Below, piece after piece: positions 27,222-36,590 of a DNA stretch of 37,460 bases. The number at the start of each line of letters is the position of its first letter. Within the stretch, counting starts at the first letter, position 1. A program made the translations under genes and the position numbers. A model generated the notes under the pieces. That model was not told the DNA's origin. It did no database searches and saw only the letters and a list, made by a program, of their open reading frames with translations. The DNA comes from an uncultured bacterium. Its GTDB lineage: Bacteria; Patescibacteriota; Minisyncoccia; Phycocordibacterales; UBA2163. The stretch covers positions 1-37,460 of the forward strand of contig CAJWGW010000002.1 of NCBI GenBank assembly GCA_913041175.1, given 5' to 3'.

Positions 27222-27280
27222 TATTTATCCTTTATACCATCAGATATCAATAAGATAAAGACCTTATTGTAGATAACTTT

Positions 27281-27577
27281 TTATTTCTTTGACAATTCTG
27301 CTGCATCAAGTGGTTTGTCTTCCACTACTTCCGGCTCCTCCGTTGCCTCTTCGGTTCTGTCTTTGTTTTTTGCTTTTTCTTTTGCATGTTTTTTCTCAAG
27401 TTTTGCCGCCATATCAATAACAACTCTGCCTCTATATCTTCCGCATGCATTACATACAGTATGCCTCTTTGTAGGCGCCTTGCAGTCAGGACACGTCGAG
27501 AGTCGCGGCTCTTTGAGCGCGTGGTGTGAGCGTCTATTTCCCGTGTGCCCGCTTGTATGTCTCATTCGTACTGACAT
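27281..27577 (-). CDS. rpmF: 50S ribosomal protein L32 with charged C-terminal extension
   Basis: RRSHHAL, CPDC and HTVCNACGRYRG motifs. Confidence 0.93.
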   Translation of the reverse strand: MSVRMRHTSGHTGNRRSHHALKEPRLSTCPDCKAPTKRHTVCNACGRYRGRVVIDMAAKLEKKHAKEKAKNKDRTEEATEEPEVVEDKPLDAAELSKK

Positions 27578-27595
27578 AGAGAATAATGTATCAAA

Positions 27596-28189
27596 TTATT
27601 GCTTTTTTAGCAAATTAACAAAGCTTCTCCTGTGAATATCACAAATTCCATGTTTTTTGATTTTTTTGTAATGCTCTTTTGTGCCGTATCCTTTATGCTT
27701 TTCAAAATTATATTTTGGGTATTTTTTAGAGAAATTTATCATTTTTTTATCTCTCTCAACTTTAGCAGCAATTGAAGCAAGTGAGATTACAAGCTCTTTC
27801 TCGTCTCCTTTTATTATCGTTTTTTGATTTTTAAATTCCTTTGGCGCTTTAAGTGTGCCATCTAGAAGTACCTTACATTTGTTGGGAGCAACTTCAAATT
27901 TCTTCAGAGCTCTATTCATTGCTTTCTTTATAGCACTCACGATGCCAAATTTATCAATCTGTCCTGCGTCTGTAAAACATACGATATATCGTATGTTCTT
28001 GTTTTCTTTTATTTTCTCAAACCATTTTTCTCGCCCAATTTTTGTAAGCTGTTTTGAATCTCGAACACTACTGAAAAGTTTTTTGTTAAAATTTGCGGAC
28101 ATAAGAACAACACCAACGGCAACAGGCCCTGCAAGAGGGCCCCTACCTGCTTCGTCTATGCCGATTGTGTATTTATACATCTTTCTCAT
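27596..28189 (-). CDS. rnhB: Ribonuclease HII
   Basis: GIDEAGRGPLAGPV, DSKQL, IKGD, ASIAAKV.RD and HKGYGT motifs. ATGA overlap with the gdh stop. Confidence 0.95.
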   Translation of the reverse strand: MRKMYKYTIGIDEAGRGPLAGPVAVGVVLMSANFNKKLFSSVRDSKQLTKIGREKWFEKIKENKNIRYIVCFTDAGQIDKFGIVSAIKKAMNRALKKFEVAPNKCKVLLDGTLKAPKEFKNQKTIIKGDEKELVISLASIAAKVERDKKMINFSKKYPKYNFEKHKGYGTKEHYKKIKKHGICDIHRRSFVNLLKKQ

Positions 28190-29469
28190 ACCCTGCCACG
28201 ATGGCGCGTTGCTTGAATTATCCTGTCTACTCCAAGTGCAAATGCAGTGTCACGAAGTGGAATGTTTTTTTCTTTTGACATTTTCCAAATATCTGTAAAC
28301 GCCTTTATCATAATCGGCTTTAGTTTCTTCTGCACCTCTTCTTCGCTCCAGTAAAAACCATTTCTGTTCTGTGTCCACTCAAAATATGATGCCGTTACTC
28401 CTCCTGCATTTGCAAGAATATCGGGAATTATTGTAATACCTTTTTCTTTGAGAATTTCATCTGCCTCTGGTGTTGTAGGGCCGTTTGCAAGCTCAAGAAT
28501 AACTTTTGCTTTTACATCTTTTGCATTATCTTTGTGTATCTGTTCATCAAGCGCTGCTGGTATAAGAATGTCACATTCACACGTTATGACATCTTCATTT
28601 TTTATTATTTTTGCTCCATCGCGTTCAAGTTTTTCCAAATCACAAACTGTACCCTCACAGTACATATGCGTAAGATCGTCCTTTTCATGCTTTACCTTGA
28701 CTGCATGCTCGGGATCAATACCATTACTACTATACACACCACCTTTACTATCAGCCACAGCGACTATAGTGTAACCCATATAGTGAAGTATTTTTGCAAT
28801 ATTGCTTCCCGCATTTCCAAATCCTTGCACAGCAACGGTCAAATCTTTCTTCTTTGGATGAATAGTGTCTATGAATTCCTGAAGTACGTATGCTCCACCC
28901 TGCGCTGTGGCATTTTCTCTTCCTAAGCTTCCACCGAGTTCTATTGGCTTACCTGTTATCACTCCTGGTTCGCTTTTATTCACTATTTTTTCATATTCGT
29001 CCAACATAATAGCCATAACACTCGAATTTGTATATACATCTGGTGCTGGAATATCTTTATCCACCCCTATGTCATCTGCAAAAGCATTTGCAAATGCACG
29101 CGAGACTTTTTCAATATCTCTTTTACTCATATGTTTTGGATTAAACTGCACGCCACCTTTTGCTCCACCAAATGGTATGTCTGCTACAGCACATTTAATA
29201 GCCATAACAGCAGCGAGTGCTTTTACTTCATTTATATCTGCGTCCTGATGGAAACGAATACCTCCTTTATATGGTCCGCGTGCATTGTTAAACTGCACAC
29301 GATATGCATTAAGTTCTTTACTTCCTTCTTCTTCAAGCTCTACTTTAATTTTTTTCTCTATTATATTTTCTGGTTCACGCAAAATATTTGACTCTTCTTT
29401 TGAAAGTCCTAGCACAGAAACTGCTTTTTCTAAGTTTAATAGATAATTTTGAAATGGTGTATTCTTCAT
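28186..29469 (-). CDS. gdhA: Glu/Leu/Phe/Val dehydrogenase (glutamate dehydrogenase)
   Basis: RGPYKGGIRF, GGAKGG, DIPAPD, QGFGNAG, ELANGP and NAGGV..SYFEW motifs. Start at MKNTPF (29469). Confidence 0.93.
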   Translation of the reverse strand: MKNTPFQNYLLNLEKAVSVLGLSKEESNILREPENIIEKKIKVELEEEGSKELNAYRVQFNNARGPYKGGIRFHQDADINEVKALAAVMAIKCAVADIPFGGAKGGVQFNPKHMSKRDIEKVSRAFANAFADDIGVDKDIPAPDVYTNSSVMAIMLDEYEKIVNKSEPGVITGKPIELGGSLGRENATAQGGAYVLQEFIDTIHPKKKDLTVAVQGFGNAGSNIAKILHYMGYTIVAVADSKGGVYSSNGIDPEHAVKVKHEKDDLTHMYCEGTVCDLEKLERDGAKIIKNEDVITCECDILIPAALDEQIHKDNAKDVKAKVILELANGPTTPEADEILKEKGITIIPDILANAGGVTASYFEWTQNRNGFYWSEEEVQKKLKPIMIKAFTDIWKMSKEKNIPLRDTAFALGVDRIIQATRHRGRV

Positions 29470-29473
29470 CTTT

Positions 29474-30487
29474 TTATCGCTTTGCAAGTATGCTTTTTTT
29501 GTAAATATCCAAATGATCAAGGGCAATGCCAGTGCCTTTGGCAACGCAAAACGCCGCCTCATCTGCCAAAACCGCTTTTACCCCTGTTCTCTTAAATACA
29601 AGGTCTGGGAAATTACGAAGTTGTGACGTACCGCCCGTTGTTATAATCCCGCGGTCTATGATATCCGCTGAAAGCTCTGGTGGGGTTTCTTGAAGAACCG
29701 TCTTAATAGCTTTTATCATCTCTCGCAGTTCCCGCCCGATTGCTTTTACAACTTCATTTGTCTTGACCTCAGCAGAGCGTGGAAGTCCTGTCAAGAAATC
29801 TCTGCCTTTAATAATCATCGTCATATCTTCGTCCACTATTACCGCCGAGCCAATCCTAATTTTAATATCCTCCGATGTCTTGTCTCCAATTGCTAAGTTA
29901 AAAGTTCTTTTTATGTAATCTGCAATTGCTCTATCTATCCTGTTGCCCGCGCATTTTACTGAAGTTGATGCGACAATCCCGCCGAGAGAAATCACTGCAA
30001 CATCAATGGTCCCACCTCCACTATCAACTATCATATGTCCACGCGCTTCGTGTATCGGAATACCAGCGCCGATGGCAGCAAGTATCGGCTCTTTAACTAC
30101 ATAAACGCTTTTTGCTCCGGCTTTCATCGTCGCCTCAATAACCGCACGCTTCTCAGTTGAGGTAACTCCAGCTGGAACAGAGACCATAACTTCTGGCTTG
30201 AAAAAATTCCATTTGCCGAGCGCTTTTCTCATATAGTAGCGAAGCATCGCCTCTGTCACTCTGTAGTCAGCGATAACTCCATCTTTCATCGGACGATATG
30301 CGATTATACTCTCGGGAGTTCTTCCTATCATTTCTTTCGCGTCATTCCCAACTGCCAAGATTTTATTGTCTTGTTCAGACACTGCAACTACAGAAGGTTC
30401 GTTTAGAACTACTCCTTTGCCGGGCATATATACAAGTGTATATGTAGTACCCAGATCTATTCCTAATTTTGGATTGAAAAATGACAT
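29474..30487 (-). CDS. mreB: Rod shape-determining protein MreB/Mbl
   Basis: GIDLGT, NEPSVVA, RPMKDGVIAD, EPILAAIGAG and DSGGGT motifs. Confidence 0.95.
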   Translation of the reverse strand: MSFFNPKLGIDLGTTYTLVYMPGKGVVLNEPSVVAVSEQDNKILAVGNDAKEMIGRTPESIIAYRPMKDGVIADYRVTEAMLRYYMRKALGKWNFFKPEVMVSVPAGVTSTEKRAVIEATMKAGAKSVYVVKEPILAAIGAGIPIHEARGHMIVDSGGGTIDVAVISLGGIVASTSVKCAGNRIDRAIADYIKRTFNLAIGDKTSEDIKIRIGSAVIVDEDMTMIIKGRDFLTGLPRSAEVKTNEVVKAIGRELREMIKAIKTVLQETPPELSADIIDRGIITTGGTSQLRNFPDLVFKRTGVKAVLADEAAFCVAKGTGIALDHLDIYKKSILAKR

Positions 30488-30493
30488 TTTAAT

Positions 30494-31795
30494 TTATTGA
30501 TTTACTCTTTTTATATCTACTCCTATGTCCCTCAATCTCTCTTCAATCTTTTCATATCCTCGGTCAATGTAGTGTACATTATTCACTACTGAGTCCCCTT
30601 TTGCAATGATTGCCGCAATCACATATGCAAGCCCTGCCCGCAGATCTGGACCCTCAAGTTCTTTCCCGCGTAGCACTGTCGGGCCTTTAACTGTAACTTG
30701 ATGGGGATTCCACATGGTTATGTCAGCGCCCATTTTTATAAGATCATTAGTATGATTAAGCCGACCTTCAAAAATCGTCTCGTGTACTTTACTTTCACCT
30801 GTTGTCTGTGTCAAAAATACACACATCGGCGCCTGAAGATCTGTAGCAAATCCCGGATATTCATGTGTTCGTACTTCTATACTATTTAAAACATTGTTTT
30901 TAACTTTAGCGTTTCTTTTTATATGAATTTTATTTTTCTGTGTGTTTATAGAAATACCAGATTGCCTTAACAGTTCAATTAAAGAATCTATATGCTCCGG
31001 AATGCAGTTTGTAATTTCTAAATTATCCGCCGACAATGCTCCCAGTATAAGAAAACTTCCGGTTTCAATCCTGTCTGGTAATGTCTTGTAAACTTTTCCT
31101 TTTGTTGACAAGAGTCCTCCTCCTGTAATTTCAATGATTGGGGTTCCTGCACCTTTTATTTTTGCGCCACAAGAATTTAAGAACTCCGCTAAATGTTTTA
31201 TCTCTGGCTCCATCGCAGAATTCTCAAGTATAGTTTTGCCCTTTGCAAGAACCCCTGCGAGCATTAGTGTTTCTGTCCCTGTAACACTTACTTTTTTTAA
31301 GAAAATCTTTGCGCCTTCTAGTTTTTCTGCTTTAATTTTTATATGATATTTCCCATTTTTCTCCGTTACTTTCGCCCCCATTTTTCTATACCCATCAAGA
31401 AAAATATTAACTGGTCTTTTGCCGATGATGCATCCACCGGGATGGCTAAATGAAACTTCTCCAAATCGCGCCAAAAGTGGTCCTGTTAGGATTATTGAAG
31501 CACGAAGTTTGTTTGAGATATCTACATTAATCTCTGACCTATTAATATTTTTTGTTTCTATGCAGAGTGTTTTTTTTAATTTTTTTGATGTTTCAGCGCC
31601 TAAATTTTCAAGAAGTTCTATCATGTATTTTGCGTCGCTTATCTCTGGTGCATTTGAGATACAGAACTTATCTTTAAATAAAATAGACGATGCAAGTGCT
31701 GGAAGTACTGCGTTTTTCGCTCCTGCAACAGCGATTTTGCCCTTTAGCTTCTTCTTGCCAGCAAGCCCTTTAATGAGAAATTTGTCCTTCAACAT
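30494..31795 (-). CDS. murA: UDP-N-acetylglucosamine 1-carboxyvinyltransferase
   Basis: GAKNA, LRAS, PGGC.IG.RP, SVTGTE, YPGFATDLQ, DLRAG and HYIDRGYE motifs. Confidence 0.96.
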   Translation of the reverse strand: MLKDKFLIKGLAGKKKLKGKIAVAGAKNAVLPALASSILFKDKFCISNAPEISDAKYMIELLENLGAETSKKLKKTLCIETKNINRSEINVDISNKLRASIILTGPLLARFGEVSFSHPGGCIIGKRPVNIFLDGYRKMGAKVTEKNGKYHIKIKAEKLEGAKIFLKKVSVTGTETLMLAGVLAKGKTILENSAMEPEIKHLAEFLNSCGAKIKGAGTPIIEITGGGLLSTKGKVYKTLPDRIETGSFLILGALSADNLEITNCIPEHIDSLIELLRQSGISINTQKNKIHIKRNAKVKNNVLNSIEVRTHEYPGFATDLQAPMCVFLTQTTGESKVHETIFEGRLNHTNDLIKMGADITMWNPHQVTVKGPTVLRGKELEGPDLRAGLAYVIAAIIAKGDSVVNNVHYIDRGYEKIEERLRDIGVDIKRVNQ

Positions 31796-31869
31796 CTGCC
31801 AATTGTACTTGTTTTTCTTGCTTTTTACAATTTATGACTTATTTGCGACTCTCTGATATGCTATATAGG

Positions 31870-33762
31870 ATGCAGCTTATTAATGTCATCCCAATATCCA
31901 AGGGTGTGAGTAAAGAAACACTTACCTACTATAGCGCTAATCCAATTAAAGAAGGGTCTGTTGTGTCTGTGCCACTGCGGAAAAAGATGGTTCCGGGAAT
32001 TGTACTCTCCTCAAAAGATGTTGGCGACTTAAAAGCAAAGTTAAGAAGTGCGAGTTTTGCTTTGAGGAAGATTGATGGAAATATGGCAAAAATGCTTTTT
32101 TTGCCGGAATTTATCTCTGCCGCGCAACGCGCGGCAGAGCATTTCGCGACAACAACCGGTGCTATGCTTAAAGCTACAGTGCCAAGCATAGTTTTGGATG
32201 AAATAGAAAAAACTAAAGTACCTGAAATAAAAGAGTATTCTAAAATTAAGTCAAATTCTGAAAAGCTTATATTACAATCCGAAATAGCTGACCGCTTTGT
32301 AAGTTATAAATCTCTTGTGCGTGAAGGATTTGCACGCAACTCTTCCGTGTTTCTTCTGGTACCCACAATGCAAGATGCCGAGAAAGCGCAAGAACTCCTT
32401 AAAAAAGGAATAGACCAATATACGTATGTCTTGTATGGAAGTTTAACAAAAAAAGAGATGCTCACGCGGTGGAAAAATGCCATCAAGTCCAAGCACCCCG
32501 TTCTTATAATAGCAACTGGAATATTCCTCTCCATACCAAGAAGTGATATAGCAACTTTTATCGTGGAACGAGAAAATTCTAGGAGCTACAAACAATTCGT
32601 ACGTCCTTTTATAGATATGAGAATATTTGCTGAGTTTTTCGCAAAGGAGATGAGAGCGAAAATTATCTTCGGCGATCTGCCACTTAAAGTTGAGACAATG
32701 TGGAGATATAAGGAGGGAGAACTTGATGAACTCTCCCCTCCAAAACTGCGTACCATAAGAGGAGCTCGACAGACGCTCATTGACATGAAAGATATAAAGC
32801 ATCAAAAGGCAGGTCACTTTGAAATAATAAGCACTGAGTTGAAAAAACTTGCCTTAGATACGATAGAAAGAGAGAAAAATATGTTTATTTTCACCGTAAG
32901 GCGCGGGCTCTCCCCCTCTACAGTATGCCGTGACTGTGGCAATGCTGTATTGTGTCACGAGTGCGAAGCGCCGGTTGTACTTTATTCAACCACGAAAGGT
33001 AATCGTTTTATCTGTCGTGCATGCGGTGCTGCACGTAGTGCAAATGAGCGGTGCAAGAGTTGTGCAAGCTGGAAACTTGAAACATTAGGTATCGGAATAC
33101 AGCTTGTAGAGAAAACACTTAGACAAAGTTTTCCCCAAACACAAATTTTCGTAATAGACAAAGACACTGCGGAAACACACAAAAAAGCAAAGGAAATCGC
33201 AGAGAAATTCTATTCTACAAAAGGAAGTATATTGCTTGGAACAGAGATGGCACTTTTTTATCTGGACAGACCTGTCAGATACAGCGCAGTTGCGACAATG
33301 GACTCATTGTTCTCACTTCCTGAATGGAGAATGTCGGAGAAAGTACTGTCACTTCTCTTGAAGATAAAAGAAATTACAGAAAAAGAACTTCTGATACAAA
33401 CAAGAAAACCTGACCAAAAAGTTTTTGATTATGTGGAAAAAGGAAACCTTGTTGATTTTTATAAAGAAGAAGTGAAAAAAAGAAAACAGTTTGGATACCC
33501 TCCATATAGCATCTTTATCAAAATAACAGTAGTTGGTGAAAATGAAAGAATTACAAAGGAAATGAAATACATAGAAAAGCTTTTGAAAAAATATGATGTT
33601 CAGATATACCCTTCTTCAATAAAAGTCGCTGGAGGAAAGTATGCAATGCATGGACTTTTGAGAGTTCCGAGGGAAAAGTGGCCCGACAAAGAACTTCTTG
33701 AGATCTTACGCTCTATGCCGGCATATTTCGCAATTGATGTTGACCCTGAAAGTTTGTTATAA
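31870..33762 (+). CDS. priA: Primosomal protein N' (PriA) with degenerate helicase motifs
   Basis: N-terminal 3'-binding domain (LTY...GSVVSVPL), four CxxC motifs, G.GIQ.V, YPPY and the C-terminal IDVDP. Start at MQLINV (31870). Confidence 0.9.
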   Translation: MQLINVIPISKGVSKETLTYYSANPIKEGSVVSVPLRKKMVPGIVLSSKDVGDLKAKLRSASFALRKIDGNMAKMLFLPEFISAAQRAAEHFATTTGAMLKATVPSIVLDEIEKTKVPEIKEYSKIKSNSEKLILQSEIADRFVSYKSLVREGFARNSSVFLLVPTMQDAEKAQELLKKGIDQYTYVLYGSLTKKEMLTRWKNAIKSKHPVLIIATGIFLSIPRSDIATFIVERENSRSYKQFVRPFIDMRIFAEFFAKEMRAKIIFGDLPLKVETMWRYKEGELDELSPPKLRTIRGARQTLIDMKDIKHQKAGHFEIISTELKKLALDTIEREKNMFIFTVRRGLSPSTVCRDCGNAVLCHECEAPVVLYSTTKGNRFICRACGAARSANERCKSCASWKLETLGIGIQLVEKTLRQSFPQTQIFVIDKDTAETHKKAKEIAEKFYSTKGSILLGTEMALFYLDRPVRYSAVATMDSLFSLPEWRMSEKVLSLLLKIKEITEKELLIQTRKPDQKVFDYVEKGNLVDFYKEEVKKRKQFGYPPYSIFIKITVVGENERITKEMKYIEKLLKKYDVQIYPSSIKVAGGKYAMHGLLRVPREKWPDKELLEILRSMPAYFAIDVDPESLL

Positions 33763-33770
33763 TTAAAATA

Positions 33771-33856
33771 GTGTTGTCGATAGGTCTCTTTTGTTCTCCT
33801 TTCTGGCCTTCGGCAAGACCCCCGCTTATTCACCCTTCGTATGGCGGGGGTTTTTT
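33771..33856 (+). ncRNA. Candidate sRNA 1 (5' hairpin with anti-SD loop plus terminator)
   Basis: TGtTATAAT at 33755-33763. Stem TTGTCGA..AGGTC/GGCCT.TCGGCAA. Loop contains CTCCTTTC (33796-33803). Terminator ACCCCCGC/GCGGGGGT plus T-run. Confidence 0.6.
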
Positions 33857-33876
33857 AAAAATGTTATACTATTGTT

Positions 33877-33956
33877 GTTGGCGGGCTTATCTCCTTTCGA
33901 CCGCCATATGAGCCCCCGTTTTTATATTTTGCGTAGCCTCGGCGGGGGCTTTTTTT
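33877..33956 (+). ncRNA. Candidate sRNA 2 (same architecture as sRNA 1)
   Basis: TGtTATACT at 33862-33870. Stem TGGCGG/CCGCCA. Loop contains CTCCTTTC (33891-33898). Terminator AGCCCCCG/CGGGGGCT plus T-run. Confidence 0.6.
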
Positions 33957-33984
33957 ATTAGTGATTTTCATATACTATTGAAAA

Positions 33985-34497
33985 ATGAAGAAAATAATAC
34001 AAGAAGGAAGCACTGTTTTAAGAGATACAGCTAAAGAGGTGCCTACTGGCGATATTGTATCTCCTAAAATCAAGAGGCTTCTATCAGATATGTCAGAAGC
34101 GCTTGAAAAGGAGAAGGACGGAGTTGCTATAGCAGCGCCACAAATCGGAGTACCGCTCCGCATTTTTATCGTGTCAGGTAAATTATTTGACTTAGGGGGA
34201 AATATCAATGAAGAAGTTTCTTCACCGCTTTCAGATCTTGTATTTATAAACCCAGAAATCACAAAGCTCTCAAAAGAAAATGAGGAGCACGAAGAAGGAT
34301 GTCTTTCTGTGCGTGGTAAATACGGAACCACAAAGCGCGCTAAGAAAACGACCGTCCGAGCGTTTGATGAAAATGGAAAAATTTTTGAGCGTGGTGGAAG
34401 CGGACTTTTAGCAAAAATCTTCCAGCACGAGATTGACCACTTGAACGGAGTTTTATTTATAGATAAAGCAGAAAACATCCATGACACGCAAGTATAA
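33985..34497 (+). CDS. def: Peptide deformylase
   Basis: GVAIAAPQIG, EGCLS and QHEIDHLNG motifs. Confidence 0.96.
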   Translation: MKKIIQEGSTVLRDTAKEVPTGDIVSPKIKRLLSDMSEALEKEKDGVAIAAPQIGVPLRIFIVSGKLFDLGGNINEEVSSPLSDLVFINPEITKLSKENEEHEEGCLSVRGKYGTTKRAKKTTVRAFDENGKIFERGGSGLLAKIFQHEIDHLNGVLFIDKAENIHDTQV

Positions 34498-35338
34498 ACT
34501 TAAAATTGCATTTTTTGGAACTTCTCAAGGTGCTGTGATAGCACTTGAGGAGCTAAAGAATGTAGGACTTGCTCCAAGCTTGGTCATAACAACTCCCGAT
34601 AAACCAAAAGGTAGAAAGCTTGTCCTTTCACCGCCTCTTGCAAAAGTATGGGCAGAAAAAAATAATGTTAATTTTGTACAATCTGAAAAGCTTGACGAAA
34701 CTTTACTTGAGCTTTTGCGTGAAGGTGCTTTTGATCTGTTTGTGGTCGCCTCATATGGGAAATTACTTTCAAATGAATTTCTTGCTCTTCCAAAACACGG
34801 AACTCTTAATGTTCATCCTTCCCTTTTACCAAAGCTACGCGGACCGTCTCCTATTGTCTCTGCAATACTTGAAGATGAGAAAAAAACTGGAGTGACAATA
34901 ATATTACTTGATGAAGGACTAGATAGCGGGCCTGTTGTTGCACAAGCAAGCATTGAGCCTGAACCATGGCCACCGTATGCAGGCGAGCTTGAAGAGCTTC
35001 TCCTCCAAGAAGGTACTAAACTCCTCATTGAGATACTTCCAGAGTGGGTCGCAGGTAAAATAAAACCAGAAGCTCAAGATGAAAACAAGGCGACATTCAC
35101 CAAAAAGATTAAGAAAGAAGATGGACTTATAGAGCTTGATGGCAACCCTTATCAGAATTTGCTTAAAATTCGTGCATTTGATAAGTGGCCAGGCGCGTAT
35201 TTTTTTGCTGACAAACAAGGCAAAAAAATACGCGTCAAAATAACTGACGCTGATTTAGAAAACGACACACTTAAAATAAATAAAGTAATCCCAGAAGGAA
35301 AAAAGGAGATGGATTATGAAGATTTCTTAAGAGGATAA
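34481..35338 (+). CDS. fmt: Methionyl-tRNA formyltransferase
   Basis: FFGT, PDKPKGR, VASYG, NVHPSLLP, TGVT and LDSGP motifs. Confidence 0.95.
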   Translation: MTRKYKLKIAFFGTSQGAVIALEELKNVGLAPSLVITTPDKPKGRKLVLSPPLAKVWAEKNNVNFVQSEKLDETLLELLREGAFDLFVVASYGKLLSNEFLALPKHGTLNVHPSLLPKLRGPSPIVSAILEDEKKTGVTIILLDEGLDSGPVVAQASIEPEPWPPYAGELEELLLQEGTKLLIEILPEWVAGKIKPEAQDENKATFTKKIKKEDGLIELDGNPYQNLLKIRAFDKWPGAYFFADKQGKKIRVKITDADLENDTLKINKVIPEGKKEMDYEDFLRG

Positions 35339-35752
35339 TTATTTCCTCCGCCTGCGAGCAAAGTCTCTAATACGAGCGCCTCCAGTGCCGAGCGTATTCA
35401 TAAATGCCTTCATTGCGATTCCACCTTTTCTCAAAAGGCGTCTCTGCCTTCCTTTGAACCTGCGGAGTTCTTTCATTGTTTCTTTTTCAACTTTATCAAT
35501 TGCATTGAAAAGCGTTGCCTCTTCCGCCGATGCGCGCATCTGCTTTCCAGCAACATGAAGATTGATTTCTGCTCTGAAGATATTTCCGCTTTGGTGATGT
35601 TCTGTCGTCTTGCCTATCTCAACATCAAACATCGCGCTTGTGTCTTGCCGGTCAATTAATTTTTCAATGGACTGTAATCTTTTATCTAAATAATCCGAAA
35701 TTTCTGGTGTAAGTTCAATGTTCGTTGTCTTTACATTTTTTCTTGTATCCAT
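35339..35752 (-). CDS. hpf: Ribosome hibernation factor HPF/RaiA
   Basis: NIELTPEISDYLDKRL...FRAEINL...LFNAIDKV. Confidence 0.88.
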   Translation of the reverse strand: MDTRKNVKTTNIELTPEISDYLDKRLQSIEKLIDRQDTSAMFDVEIGKTTEHHQSGNIFRAEINLHVAGKQMRASAEEATLFNAIDKVEKETMKELRRFKGRQRRLLRKGGIAMKAFMNTLGTGGARIRDFARRRRK

Positions 35753-35764
35753 AGTGATTGTTAT

Positions 35765-35989
35765 TTAATCATTATCAACACTAATAATCTTACTAGGGCT
35801 TCTGTGCCCGCTTATAATTCTTACATCTGTCTTTATTATACCGTAGTGACGAGCAATAAGCTCTCTGACACGCTCATTCGCCATGTTTTGCTTTGCCTTT
35901 TGCCTGACACTAATTTCAAATAAATCTTCCTGTTTCTGCTTTAATTCCTCCTTTTTTGCATCAGGTGTTACCTTAACTTTTATATACAT
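35765..35989 (-). CDS. DUF167 (YggU-like) protein
   Basis: IKVKVTP.AK...AN..V...VRIISGHRSPSK. Start at MYIKV (35989). Confidence 0.88.
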   Translation of the reverse strand: MYIKVKVTPDAKKEELKQKQEDLFEISVRQKAKQNMANERVRELIARHYGIIKTDVRIISGHRSPSKIISVDND

Positions 35990-35990
35990 T

Positions 35991-36566
35991 TTACTGATTT
36001 CTCTCGTATAGCCCAATTAATTTTGTTTCTTGAAGTATGTGCCCTTCCATCGCTTCTTCTACTTGCTTTTTTGTCGCACCTTCTGGGAGTTCTAGCTCCG
36101 TATCAAGTGAGAAAAGTTTAAAGAAGTATCTGTGCTGTCTATCCGGAGGGCATGGGCCATGATAATCTCTGTTCCCTGATGTGCCAACACCCGAGACTCC
36201 ATCTGGCTCTTCCCCTTCTTTTATTTCGGTTGTTGAAGTTGAAATATTGAATTTTATCCAATGATCCCATGTTCCGGTGGGAGCATCAGGATCATCCATT
36301 ATCAAGACAAGTGACTTTGCATTTGGGTCAACTTCGCTTATAAAAAGTGCGGGACTGACCCCTTCTCCGTCACAAGTGTACTTTGGTGGGATTTCTCCAT
36401 TGTGCTTAAAAGACGAGCTTGTAAGTTTTAATGTGTCCATAGATAATTCTTCATTATTTATAATTGTTTCTTCTTCATCAATAACAATTTCAGTTGGAGA
36501 ATTTAGAGCAATAACAAAACTGCCTGCTATTATAATAACGACAATGATGAAAAGTATTATTCTCAT
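35991..36566 (-). CDS. YbhB/YbcL (PEBP/RKIP-like) protein with N-terminal anchor
   Basis: YTCDG, MDDPDAP..TWDHW, GPCPP..HRYFF.L..LD motifs. Confidence 0.93.
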   Translation of the reverse strand: MRIILFIIVVIIIAGSFVIALNSPTEIVIDEEETIINNEELSMDTLKLTSSSFKHNGEIPPKYTCDGEGVSPALFISEVDPNAKSLVLIMDDPDAPTGTWDHWIKFNISTSTTEIKEGEEPDGVSGVGTSGNRDYHGPCPPDRQHRYFFKLFSLDTELELPEGATKKQVEEAMEGHILQETKLIGLYERNQ

Positions 36567-36590
36567 ATATTTATTATATCACTTGTAATA

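Noticed and set aside
33763..33984. Type I toxin ORF or leader peptide in the priA-def gap
   Set aside because: No start codon follows either GAAAGGAG on the minus strand, and I saw no hydrophobic small ORF. def has its own -10 box after the second terminator, arguing against an attenuator.
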